Assembly: GCF_964194025.1 (NCBI RefSeq)
Contig: NC_134468.1
Location: forward strand, 13,640,001 to 13,704,000
Source: Convolutriloba macropyga
Taxonomy: Eukaryota
Direction of reading: 5' to 3'
Length of the DNA: 64,000 nt
Position 1 is the first letter of the stretch. Every line of letters starts with the position of its first letter. A model generated the notes under the pieces. That model was given only the letters and a program-made list of their open reading frames with translations, searched no databases and was not told where the DNA came from. The position numbers and the translations under genes were made by a program. This document shows, one piece after another, positions 38,914-50,809 of this stretch.

Positions 38914-39403
38914 TTGAGATCTTGTGAGTGGGACTCACAAGATCTCAAGCCACCCTGTTTTAGCTTGAGGATCTGTATACAAGTTCAAGAGACCAAATAT
39001 ACAGATCTTCAAGCTAAAACAGGGTGGCTTGAGATCTTGTGAGTTCTACATGTAGAGATGTCTCAGCCTAAGTTTGTTGATCATGCAGTCGATTAAATAC
39101 CGACAAAAACATTCCTTAGGAAAATACACTTGGCTTGATAATACGGACTGCCAGAAAAACATCGTCTGAGTTTTTGTCTTTCAAAAACGCCTCTTTTGCT
39201 TCGGGAGTATTATTGCACCCAGCAGCAGTCATAAAAAGTTTCCTAACACTGCCTCAAAATGTTCACAAGCCATGAAAAACAAAAAAATAACGCCTACTTA
39301 TAATTTAATGTCTATTTCTACAGGCATAAAATATTTTTAGATTGGCCACGTGAAATTAATTGTAAGCCCTGTAGCATTCAATCTTTCGAGAAAACCCTCC
39401 AAA

Positions 39404-41650
39404 ATGATTTCTTGGAAATACCTTATATTTCTCATAATTACAGTGCACATTTGTTATAATGACAACAAAATCGAATCACAGAAAGGTATTGATTTTATAT
39501 ACCAACAACAGCTACTCCTTGCTGAAAAATTCGTGAATATTCAATTTCTAGTTCCTTTTCCAAGAATGAATGTCTCGTTGCAAAATCAATTCAGAAATCT
39601 TTCGCTACTTTTGAAAAACTCTTGGAATGACTATTCATTTGGTTGTCAACTGGATCATATGAACACAAATGAGACCAGTTTAAACTTCGACTATCTTCTC
39701 CATCATACGGAAAACGAATTCAAATCAGTCCAACTAGACATATTGAATATAAAAAACGAAATACAGAGAACATTTGGAACAAAAGAGCAAACAACAACTG
39801 ATAACGAACGGACAAAAAGAGGAGCCGGCCTAATTGCTTTAGGAGCATTAACAGCTGTAACTGCAGGAGCAGGAATAGCGTGTTCTCTCGGCAGCATTTT
39901 CGGAGCTTGCGGAGGATCCAGTCGAGATCGTGAAGACATCGACTTGGCCTTGTCACAGATTGAATTGAACAACCATCGGTGGGTAGAAGTTAAAGGCAAA
40001 GTCAACTCAAAAATGTACCTCATTGCTGACCAACTCGACGATGTAAACTCAGTGCAAAAGCGAATTATCCAAACGCAGAAAAATCACACAATGGTGTTGA
40101 TGAAAGCAGTGGATATTATCCAAAATAACTCAAGAGCATTGATGGCATGCTCCCAATTGTTCTACGCAAGGAACTAAATGCTTCAAGTACAGGCGAGTCT
40201 TCTGGGATCTTTTTCAGCGTTGCTAAATGAACTTAAAATGTACCGTGTTGCCATCTACAGCTATAAGCTAACAATTTTGAACTCGGTAATGATTATGGTG
40301 AATAAATTGATTCCTATGGCACTCCTACCTAGATCGGATTTAGAGGAAATACTTCGAGATATAAACCACTGGCAATCCGACACAAATGAACGTCTTACAT
40401 TGGCTATACCAATAACACAAATTCTAACTTACTATGAAACGAAAATACTGAGAAACGTAGACATTGTTGACGATGGGATGTACTTCACATTAGCCATTCC
40501 ATTTGTTACCGCAGCGACAGTTTTAAATTTTTACAAAGCAATACCAATACCCATGCCTAATGATGGAACAGACGGTCACGCATCACAGTATGCTATTGAA
40601 TCTGATTTTATAGCAGTTTCTTCTACTCAGAAAATAGCGTTACTTTCACAGGACGAAATCAATAGATGTGTCGGGTCGAGTAGCTTCTCGGTGTGTATAA
40701 ACGGTCTTTCTCTAGAAACAGCCCAAGATACATGTCTTGGATCACTACTTATTAACAATCATTTAACTGCTCTGCAAAAGTGTGAAATTAAAACCGTGAG
40801 ATGGCCATTAAAGGAAAAAGCGAGAAATTTGGGAAATGGCAAGTGGTTAATAACATCAGCATCATCGAATTTCAAAATGTATATAAGCCCAATAATAAAC
40901 CATGATCCATTGAAAAGAACACCTTTACCAGGATGCCAAGTCTGCATCATTGAACTTCAATGCGGGACAAAACTGGAAACCACATTTTTAGAAATCAGAG
41001 CAGACATGTTTTCATGCCAAAACGTAACGCTTCAAAAACTGGATATTAGACTAACTGACCCTTTGAAACATCTCTTATCAAAAGTTCCGGCAATTGACAA
41101 CTTGCCACATTTTGCAACCATTGCTCAAGCAAGACAACAGTTCATTGAGGAAATACAAATCCAAATGTCAGAAATTCCTAACCATCAAAGACCATCGTTG
41201 AATAAATTAGATGAAATCGCCCAACCAATTTTAATGAATATGCAGAGTATTCGACCTAGTTTAAGGAATCGTTTCACGCAAAGTGACACTTGGATAATGT
41301 CTGTCATAATTAACACAATCTCTTTTATAATCTCAATGATATTACACGCTCTCATAAACTACGTTTGTCAAAAGTATAGTCGACGATATTCAAAAATGCG
41401 CAAGTTTGTTGTGGGCTCATTTGGAATTCATCCACGACAAATACTAGTGGTAACAGAAGATGAAAGGCAGACACTTATGCTACAACCTGGAAACCGACTG
41501 ACAGCAGAGAACATTGTCATCACGGACAAACAACTGTCAAAGCTTCTTGGACCTACAGCTCCAAAACGAGAGGAACTCCAAGTAATGCAACCATCTTACG
41601 ACGTCGACCTATTTTGCCAGCACTTGGCCAATAATCTTAAATCAGCTTAA
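39404..41650 (+). pseudogene. env: env glycoprotein with one in-frame TAA at 40175-40177
   Basis: Signal peptide, RTKR|GAGLIALGALTAVTAGAG, TM near 41290-41360. Collinear with the other env (LLAEKF.NIQF.VPFP, RLTLAIPI..YYET, LGNGKWLITSA, GCQVCII). Confidence 0.9.
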
Positions 41651-42309
41651 GAAAAACATAAACACTTTAATATAATTCATATAGCTTACACGAAGTAAAG
41701 GTTGCTGCAAGGCGCTTTCTAATTTTTAACCTAAAGCTCGCATGAAAATTTTCAAGAGGCGCAGTGATCTTTTTGAGAGGCACATTGTTCTTTTAAAGAG
41801 ACATATAGCTATATTGTTCTTTTAAAAGAATCACATTGTTCTTTTTATAGAGGCGCAGTGTCATATACAAACTCCTAATCCAGATTTGATATGAATTACA
41901 CTTTTGTATTGGTTGAAATTCTGATATGGTAAAATGAATTTGTAGCTATTTAGAAATGGATTGTGATTGGTTTATTAGATTAACTTACAAAAACAATTGA
42001 AGAAGTTGCATGAAGGAGTTCGAAGAGATAGAGTGTTAGAATAAAGTTGCAAAAAGATGTTTTGAAATTGACAGAATTAGAGGGAATCTGCTCAGAACCT
42101 GCATCTGAAAAGTTATATACCATAGAATTAATAGTGATAGAAGAGTGTCTAAACACAACTTCACAGTCTGCTTGTATAAAGGACACCTAGCTTACTACAA
42201 CTTCTTTCGTTGTCACCGAAAACGCCTCATTTTTTTCGTCACTAATGAAACCTTTTTGCATACCAAAACTGAATATGGATATATGCTTTTTTCTTCTCTA
42301 AGATATTTT

Positions 42310-44060
42310 AGATCTATTGTTTCGGCTCTAGAAATTGCTCTAAGAGAACTCTATTCAAGTAACCTAGCTCCAGATATCCTTAGGTCCGCCATGAAAAGTC
42401 TGTTAAAGCTTGCAGTGACAAATGTTCATTTTAAATGTAATGGGATCTGGTATGTACAATCAGATGGTCTGGCTATGGCTGCATCATTGATTGGCTGTAA
42501 TACTAGCAAACGTGTGGATGAAATCGTTTGAGGCATCACTGCAAAAACCAGAGTTCAGTGAAAATATCTCCAGATCCGATCAAAACGTGAAGTGCAAAGA
42601 CTGTAACCGAAATGACTTTACGAGGAAGAGGAGTAGAATGCGAATCATGCAAAAACTGGTTTCATGCAAAATGTCAAAAGATAACGAATGAGGAATACGC
42701 CAACAAACAGGATGTTGTTTGGATTTTTACTTATTGCAGCAATGAACAGACAGTGGGACGGTATGAGGTGAAATTGTATAAAAGGTATGTGGATGATATT
42801 ATCTGTACTGTGCGTTGTGACCGGACAAGTACTTAAAATTAGCAAATTCATTACACAACAACCTGCAATTTACCTTTGAAAAAGTTAATATGGACGGGGA
42901 TTTGGCTTTTCTTTACCACAAATGTGAGCAGCAAAAGTATTATGACCTGTCATTGGTATCAAAAAACCAACTGACACTAGAATAATTCTGAATTTTCACA
43001 GCTGTGCACCGTTTCAGCATAAGGAAAATGTGATTCAAGGGTCGGTTCACAGGATTTTTAATGCAACATCTAATTGTTTGGCTTTCGGTCAGGCTCTTGA
43101 AAGGAACAAAACTTGCTGGATCAAAAATCAGTATCCAGAGGAATGGTCGACAAAATAGTGAACCAGACTTTAGAAAAGATAATAAGTGGCGGTAGAGACC
43201 AATTGAGAAAAACACATAAAAGAGCATCGAAAGAGCAAAAATATATCTCATGATAAGCCAATAATTTTTCTGCAAAACAGAGGCAAACTTACTCAACACT
43301 TTGCAAGCAAATTGAAGAAACTATGCGAATTGAAAGTGGTTTTAACAACGCGGAAATTAAGATCATGCCTCCCCATCCTGAAGTCATCCTTCGGTAGAGA
43401 CCTGAAATCCCACGTGGTATATGAGATAAAATGTACTGGATGCCGATCCATCTATGTTAAGCAAACAAGCCGGCTTGTTACCACAAGGATAACAGAACAT
43501 CAAAAGAAGGATTCAAAGCTGGGTTGAATGTTGTGGCGCCCCGAATGACTTTGAATAGAAAATTCTGGACGCCTGCTGGACAGTAGAAAACCTAATGACT
43601 ATCGAAACTATATACATCAAAAAGCTTAAGCCAGCACTAAACACACGCGATGAATATAGGGGGCGGGAACTCACGCTAAAATATTGGTTCAAATCATAAT
43701 TTTGACTAAATAGGGATACATAGGGCAAAAAATATTTTGTGCAAGACAAAAAGAAATTTGCAAATGCTTCACAAGAGGGATACTTAAAAATTCGGAAAAT
43801 GAATGTTTTAAATGAAAATCGGGAACTTGAATGTTTTTAAAGGAATTGATAACAGTTGTAAATACGCTAAATAATGTAAAAGGGAAACAAAATTAGAATG
43901 AATTTTTTTTAAAATAGTTCCCAGAAATGTTTTAATAGTGGTCTCAGACTAATGTAAATACATATTCATTTTATCATTTAACAATTTTTGAAACAGTTTT
44001 AACCTGACGTTGAAAGTAAAATTCGAAAACGTTAGTTTTAAATATCGGAAATAATTTTAA
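42310..44060 (+). mobile_element. Penelope-like element, 5'-truncated and decayed (RT + GIY-YIG)
   Basis: YVQSDGLAMAA..ILANVWM, YKRYVDDI, VVYEIKCTGCRSIYVKQTSR..RITEH, C-terminal KPALN. Confidence 0.85.
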
Positions 44061-45029
44061 ATTAAAAAAATTGGTTTTTTTTACATCCACTAAAAGAGTA
44101 GACTGTCAACTCGGGTGCAGGAAATCAACTCATGTGTATTTATAAACCCCGGTGGTAGTCAAAAATTGAAGCACCAGATGCAAAAGATATTCATAGGCAG
44201 ATTGCCAGAAAATAGCCGCAATAGTTTTGTAGGTCTGCAGTCTCAAAAAAACAGTAAAAAAGACAGACCAAAAAAATGTCTTTTCATTGAAGGCTTATAT
44301 GTTATATGTTGATTAAAAATCTATATAAGTTATTGCTGTCTCCAATAGTTGCTCTCAAATAACCTTCATTTAGAGTGACACACACCCATTTGACCTTATC
44401 TCTTCGAATTAAAGTAAATAAAAATCAATTTCAGAGCAACAAAGTCATTTTTGAGATTTAGGTAAGTCAAGCGTGACCAAAAACTAAATAGCACGAATCA
44501 ACAAAGATTCGCTCCAGTAAGATTGAAAAATGACGTCACACAAGGACTTCAGTTGAAATTGCATGAACAAATGGGCAAAAATCAGATTCGAAGTGGTTGT
44601 GACGTCATATGGTCGGAACAAATAATCAAAACGACGAATTAAAAAAACAAGAGAAGGCCAATAGTAGCCCCAGTTATCGCTGTGCGGCTATTCAAGACAT
44701 TAAAGCATCAATTAAAGCAGAATTGTAATCAAAAGCGACATAGTAAATTGCAATTAAAATATGTGTCGTGATTTTGAATCCAGATCAGAGAAAAATATAA
44801 AGCATTTAGCACAAAGGCATCCCTTACCTTACAATGGTTCCACGGAGGCAGAGTATGGAGCAACACAAAAAAGCGAAACTAAATTTGACCTTATGCACGG
44901 GATCGCGTCCGAATATGAATCTTCTTTCTTATCGCTGATCCTGGAAGCCAATCTCTCTATTGCTTTTGATGCTGACCAAACAGCTCGTCCTGTACACGAG
45001 AAGATTAACGAACAGAAGGTGGCATTCTC

Positions 45030-46520
45030 GACATCTATTATCCTTCGCTCGTATTTCAGCTTCTTCGTGGTTTTGGGATATTTGCAGGAATCTCAGCACA
45101 CGGATTAAATACGTTCACAACAAAGAACGTTCTGCTGAAACGGGAATCGAACACAACATTAGCTTTGATATCTAGTCGAGCGTCTACATCAAAAGTGGTA
45201 GTTCTATTTGCGAAGCTTTCGTTTTGCAAATCCTGAAGTCAGGGCACTACTTCGACTTCATCAGAGACCTCATAGAGCAGGTTGCAAAAGAGTGACGGAT
45301 GCCATTGTGTCTTATTGCGTATGGCCACCTTTTGGGCAATGATGAGCATGCGCTACATAAAAGCTTTCTGCAATTGCGCATCGTGATGCCAATTTTCCGG
45401 GATCTCATCCATATATAAGAGGAATTCCATCTCTACACTCTCCATTGGTTAAATCAAATTGAAATTTTTTTAATGGAAGTACTGTTTAGCCAGCATGATG
45501 TTCCTTTTTTCATAGTCAAACCCAGAATATACCTCTTATCATTGATCAGAACTTTGATTGCCAACTTTTTCGCCGATCTTTTTCCTGTCTTTCTTTTCTG
45601 ATTTTCTTAACGAATGTTTTCTGGTGAAACTCTGCATCTATAGCAAAAGGATTCTGTAACGGCTCATAGATCTGAATAGATCATTCATATTCTTTTGCTC
45701 TGACTTCAAGAAGAAGATTGCTTAGGCCGCCTTCTTTAACCGAAAAAGAAGAAATCTTCCAGTATCTGTCATTTTAAGAGGGATTATTCAAATTTGAATG
45801 TTTAAGATTTTTATCAATTATGTTTTCGGCTTCCCTCAGCAGACTGTCCGAGTTGGGAGTATTCCTAGCAACAAAAGTCAATTTATGCTGCAATATGTTA
45901 ATAAATGATTTGTACCCATTCTGAGGTGACACCTTGCTATGACTGGCGAGCTTCTCAAGCATGTTAGAAAAGTTCCATGACATTTCTTTCAGAAAATTGT
46001 TGCAGTTTTCATCAGAACCAGTAACAGAACACAGAACTCGATGACCCTCAATAACATCAACATCTAATCGCAAATTTTTTTTGCCTTCTGTATCAATTCA
46101 GGTTTTGTAATGAGATGACATTTGATCACATTATAAACGAATACACGGCCATGTTCATATAGCTTTTATAGCACGATACGCAGTGATTTAAGGCTACCGG
46201 TCACATTACCGTCGTCCTCGTACCATTTATGAGTCAAATTTTGATCTTCGAGAGTATCGATGAGAGGAAGTGTAGCCACTCCGTAGAGTGCAATGCCTGT
46301 TGGATAACTTTGTGCTGTTCCTTTCTGGGAACTAATTACTCTTCAATCAATGAAAAGGTCTTGTGGGGTCTTATATGAGCTTCTGAAATTTGTGTAAATT
46401 GAAGGGCAAAGCTTTTTGATGTTTTTGGGAGTCAGATCTCTAATCAAGCTATCAAACGCATTCCTGGCATCAATCAATAGGATGCCTTTCAAACGATCTT
46501 CAAGAAGGCGCCACCGGAGT
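45030..46520 (-). pseudogene. Decayed CRE-like non-LTR RT/RLE fragment, copy 1
   Basis: SQKGTAQ..LYGVATLPLI..KWYEDD RT motifs, with an RH-containing C-terminal region. Confidence 0.65.
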
Positions 46521-48369
46521 GCATGGATAGCGAGAAAATTTTGCGAACTTTTTTCGTTTTTTTCTTTTTGTACCCCTCTCCTCCCCTTTAATGGGAAAAC
46601 AATATTGGCTCATACAGACGCATGTGCCACAATATTAAATAACACTTTACTATATAATGACTCTTGCTCTGTAACGGAGGGGAACACAGCATAAGGGGGG
46701 ATATACGGAAAGAATCCCTTCCTTATTTTAACTGATGCAGGTGGCCTATCTCTTTAGACGCACGCATATGGACCGGTTCCTTCTCTTTAAGAGTAGAAAA
46801 ATTCACTCGCTTTTGAAATTATTGATGGACTTGTGATAATAGTGGGAGTCTGTGCAAACGCATAGCAGAATATTGAAACGATTTCACATAAAAAACATAT
46901 TGCAGAAACATCATTCGAAGGAACCATTAGTTTTATCTAGCCGAGCGTCGTCATCAGTAAAGGTAGTTTTTTTTGCGAAGGTCTCTTGTTGTAAAATCCG
47001 AAGACATGGCTTTATTTCGACATCATTGCAAACTTCATTGACAGGTTGAAAAGAGTTAAGTGTTTAATTGTTCCTCATATGGCTTTAACATCATTACTGA
47101 GGAACGTACGCTCTTTTAAAAACCTTTCCGGAAGTGAACGTTCATGGCAATTCAACCGGAGCTCATTGATATCTATAACCCACCAACTAGTTTAACCGAA
47201 TAGATCTTTTCATTGGACTTGCATTCAGCCAGATTGATGCTTCCTTTCCAGAGCAAAACCTTAAGAATGTGCCTCGTTTCATTGAAGAAGAAGAAGAATT
47301 TTTTTGGATGTGATGTTAACCATGTTAACCTGATAACTTGCTCCGGCCAGTTCCTGCTGTTTTATTCTGATTGTATGCAGATTCGTTTCTCGATAAATTT
47401 TGCATCTACAGAAATCATATCTTAATGGCTCGCAAATCTGAACAAATCTGCCGTAAATTTTATCCTTGTATTCCGGTGGTAGTCAAAAATTGAAGCATCA
47501 GATGCAAAAGATAATCATAGGCAGATTGACAGAAAATAGCCGCAATAGCTTCGTAGATCTGCAGTCTCAAAGAAACAGTAAAAAGGACAGACCAAAAAAA
47601 TGTCTTTTCATTGAAGGCTGATATGTTATATTTTGATTAAAAACCTATATAAGCTATTGCTGTCGCCATTAGTTGCTCTCAAATAACCTTCATTTAGAGT
47701 GACACACACCTATTTGACCTTATCTATTTGAATTAAAGTGAATAAAAATCATTTTTAGAGCGAGAAAGTCATTTTTTTGAGGGTGAGGTAAGTCAAGCGT
47801 GACCAAAAACTTAATCACGCGAATGAACAAAAAATTCGCACCACTAAGATTGAAAAATGACGTCACAGAAGGATTTCAATTTAAATTGCATGCACAAATG
47901 GACAAAAATCAGATTCGAAGTGGTTGTGACGTCATATGGTCGGAACAAAAAATCGCAACGACGAAATAAAAAAAAACAAGAGAAGGCCAATAGTAGCCCC
48001 AGCTATCGCTGTGCGGCTATTCAAGACATTAAAGCATCAATTAAAGCAGAATTATAATCAAAACCGACATAGTAAAATGCAATTAAAATATGTGTCGTGA
48101 TTTTGAATCCAGATCAGAGAAAAATATAAAGCATTTAGCACAACAGCATCCCTTACCTTACAATGGTTCCACGGAGGCAGAGTATGGAGCAACACAAAAA
48201 AGCAAAACTAAATTTGACCTTATGTACGGGATCGCGTCCGAATATGAATCTTCTTTCTTATCGCTGATCCTGGAAGCCAATCTCTGTATTGCTTTTGATG
48301 CTGACCAACCAAATCGTCCTGTACACGAGAAGATTAATGAACAGAAGGTGGCATTCTCGACATCTATTA

Positions 48370-49890
48370 TCCTTCGCTCGTATTTCAGTTTTTCCGTGGT
48401 TTTGGAATATTTGCAGGAATCTGGTATGCTTCATGTGCAACTCTTAGCATACGGATTAAATACGTTCACAACAAATAACGTTCTGCTGAAACGGGAATCG
48501 AACACAACATTAGCTTTGATATCTAGTCAAGCGTCGTCATCAAAAAAGGTAGTTCTATTTGCAAAGCTTTCTTTTTGCAAATCCTGAAGTCAGGGCACCA
48601 CATCGACTTCATCAGAGACCTCATAGAGCAGGTTGCAAAAGAGCGACGGATGTTATTGTGTCTTATTGCATATAGCCACCTTATGGGCAATGAAGAGCAT
48701 GCGCTACATAAAAGTTTTCTGCAATTGCCCATATTGATGCCAATTTATCGGGATCCCATCCATATATAAGAGGAATTCTATCTCTACACTCTCCCTTGTT
48801 TAAATCAAATTGAAATTTTTTTAATGGAAGCACTATTTAGCCAGCAAGATGTTCCATTTTTCATAGTAAAACCCAGAGAATATACCACTTATCATTTATG
48901 AAAACTTTGATTGCCAACTTTTTCGGCCGAGCTTTTTCCTGTTTTACTTTTCTATTTTTCTGAACGAATTTTTCCTGATGAAACTCTTTTCACTGATGCA
49001 TTTATAGCAAAATGATTTTTTAACGGCTCATAGATCTGAATTGACCATTCATATTCGTTTGCCCTGACTTCAAGAAGAAGAATGCTTAGGCCACCTTCTT
49101 TAACCAAAAAAGAGAAAATCTTCCAGTATCTGTCATTTTAAGAGGGATTATACAAAAATGAAGGTTTAAGATTTTTATCAATTATGTTTTCGGCTTCCTT
49201 CAGCAGACTGTCCGAGTTGGGAGTATTCCTGGCAAAAAAGTCATTTTATGCTGCAATATGTTAATAAATGATTTGTACACATTCTGAGGGGACACCTTGC
49301 TATGATTGGCGAGCTTCTCAAGCAATTTAGAAAAGTTCAATGACATTTCTATCAGAAAATTGTTGCAGTTTTCATCAGAACCAGTAACAGAACACAGAAC
49401 TCGATGACCCTCAATAACATCAACATCTAATCCCGAATTCTTTTCGTGTTCTGTATCAATTCGGGTTTTGTAATGAGATGACATTTGATCACATTATAAA
49501 CGAATACACGGCCATGTTCATATAGCTTATATAGCACGATACGCAGTGATTTAAGGCTACCGGTCACATTACCGTCGTCTTCGTACCATTTATGAGTCAA
49601 ATTTTGATCTTCGAGAGTATCGATGAGAGGAAGTGTAGCCACTCCGTAGAGTGAAATGCCGTCTGGATCACTTTGTGTTGTTCCTTTCTGAGACCTAATT
49701 ACTCTTTCATCAATGAAAAGGACTTGTGGGGTCTTATATGAGCTTCTGAATGCTGTGTAAATTGAAAGACAAAAATTTTTGATGTTTTTTGGAGCCAGAT
49801 CTCTATTCAAATGCGTTCCTGGCATCAAGCAGTAGGATCCGTTTAGTACGATTTTCAACAAGGCGCCACCGGAGTGCATGGATAGCAAGA
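48370..49890 (-). pseudogene. Decayed CRE-like non-LTR RT/RLE fragment, copy 2
   Basis: IRSQKGTTQSDP..LYGVATLPLI..WYEDDGNVTGSLKSLR; IRHNNIR RLE-associated motif. Confidence 0.7.
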
Positions 49891-50809
49891 AGGTTTTGTG
49901 AAATTTTTTTTGATTTTTTCTTTTTGTACCCCTCTCCTACCCTTTAATGGGAAAATAATTTTGGCTCATACAGACGCATGTGCCACAATATTAAATAACA
50001 ATTTACTATATAATAGCCCTTGCTCTGTAACGGAGGGGAACACAACGTAATGGGCGATAAACGGAAAAAATCCCTTCCTTATTTTCCCTGATGCAGATGG
50101 CCGATCTCTTTAGACGCACATGGACCGGTTCCTTCTGTTTAAGAGTAGAAAAAAAATCACTCGCATTTCAATTTATTGATGGACTTGTGATATAAGTGGG
50201 AGTCTGTGCAAACTTATAGCAGATTATTGAAACGATTTCGCTTAAAAAACATACTGCAGAAACATCATTCGAAAGAACCATTAGTTTTATCCAGCCGATC
50301 GTCGTCATCATTAAAGGTAGTTTTTTTCGCAAAGGTCTTTTGTTGAAAAGTCCGAAGACATGGCTTTACTTCTACATCATTGCAAACTTCATTGACAGGT
50401 TGAAATAAGTTAAGTGTTTAATTGATCCTCATATGGCTTTAACCTCATCATTGACGAACGTTCGCTCTTTTAAAAACCTTTCCTGAAGTGAACGTTCATG
50501 GCAACTTAAAGGGAGCTCATTCATATCTATAACCAATCAACTAGTTTAACCGAATAAATCTTTTCATTAGAGTTGCAATCAGCCAGATTGATTCTTTTTT
50601 TTCCAAAGAATGTGCCTCATTTCATTGAAGAAGAAGAAGTTTTTTTGGATGTTAACCATGTTAACCGAATTGTTTGCTCCGGCCAGTTTCGGCTGTTTTA
50701 TTCTGATTGTATGCACATTCGTTTCTCGATAAATTTTCCATCTACAAAACTCATATATTAGGGGTTCGCAAAACTGAACAAATCTGCCGTAAATTTCTTC
50801 CTTGTGTTC

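Larger units (their letters stand above)
38608..42144 (+). mobile_element. Non-autonomous env-only LTR element (3.54 kb)
   Basis: 286-bp LTRs 38608-38893 and 41859-42144 (5 differences; TG..GA ends); flanks GTGTA/GTGTC; PBS; only env inside. Confidence 0.9.
44149..50809. repeat. Tandem duplication, 2 x ~3.33 kb, moderately diverged
   Basis: CCGGTGGTAGTCAAAAATTGAAGCA at 44149 and ~47472; paired ORFs at 44761 and 48090. Confidence 0.9.

Noticed and set aside
40175-40180. Programmed stop-restart (TAAATG) splitting env into two genes
   Set aside because: The homologous env reads through this position, and the downstream ORF has no signal peptide. A single nonsense mutation is simpler.
44761-48587. 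Duplicated + strand ORFs (44761 and 48090) as a host gene
   Set aside because: They overlap the antisense 3' end of the decayed CRE-like element and their C-termini differ between copies.
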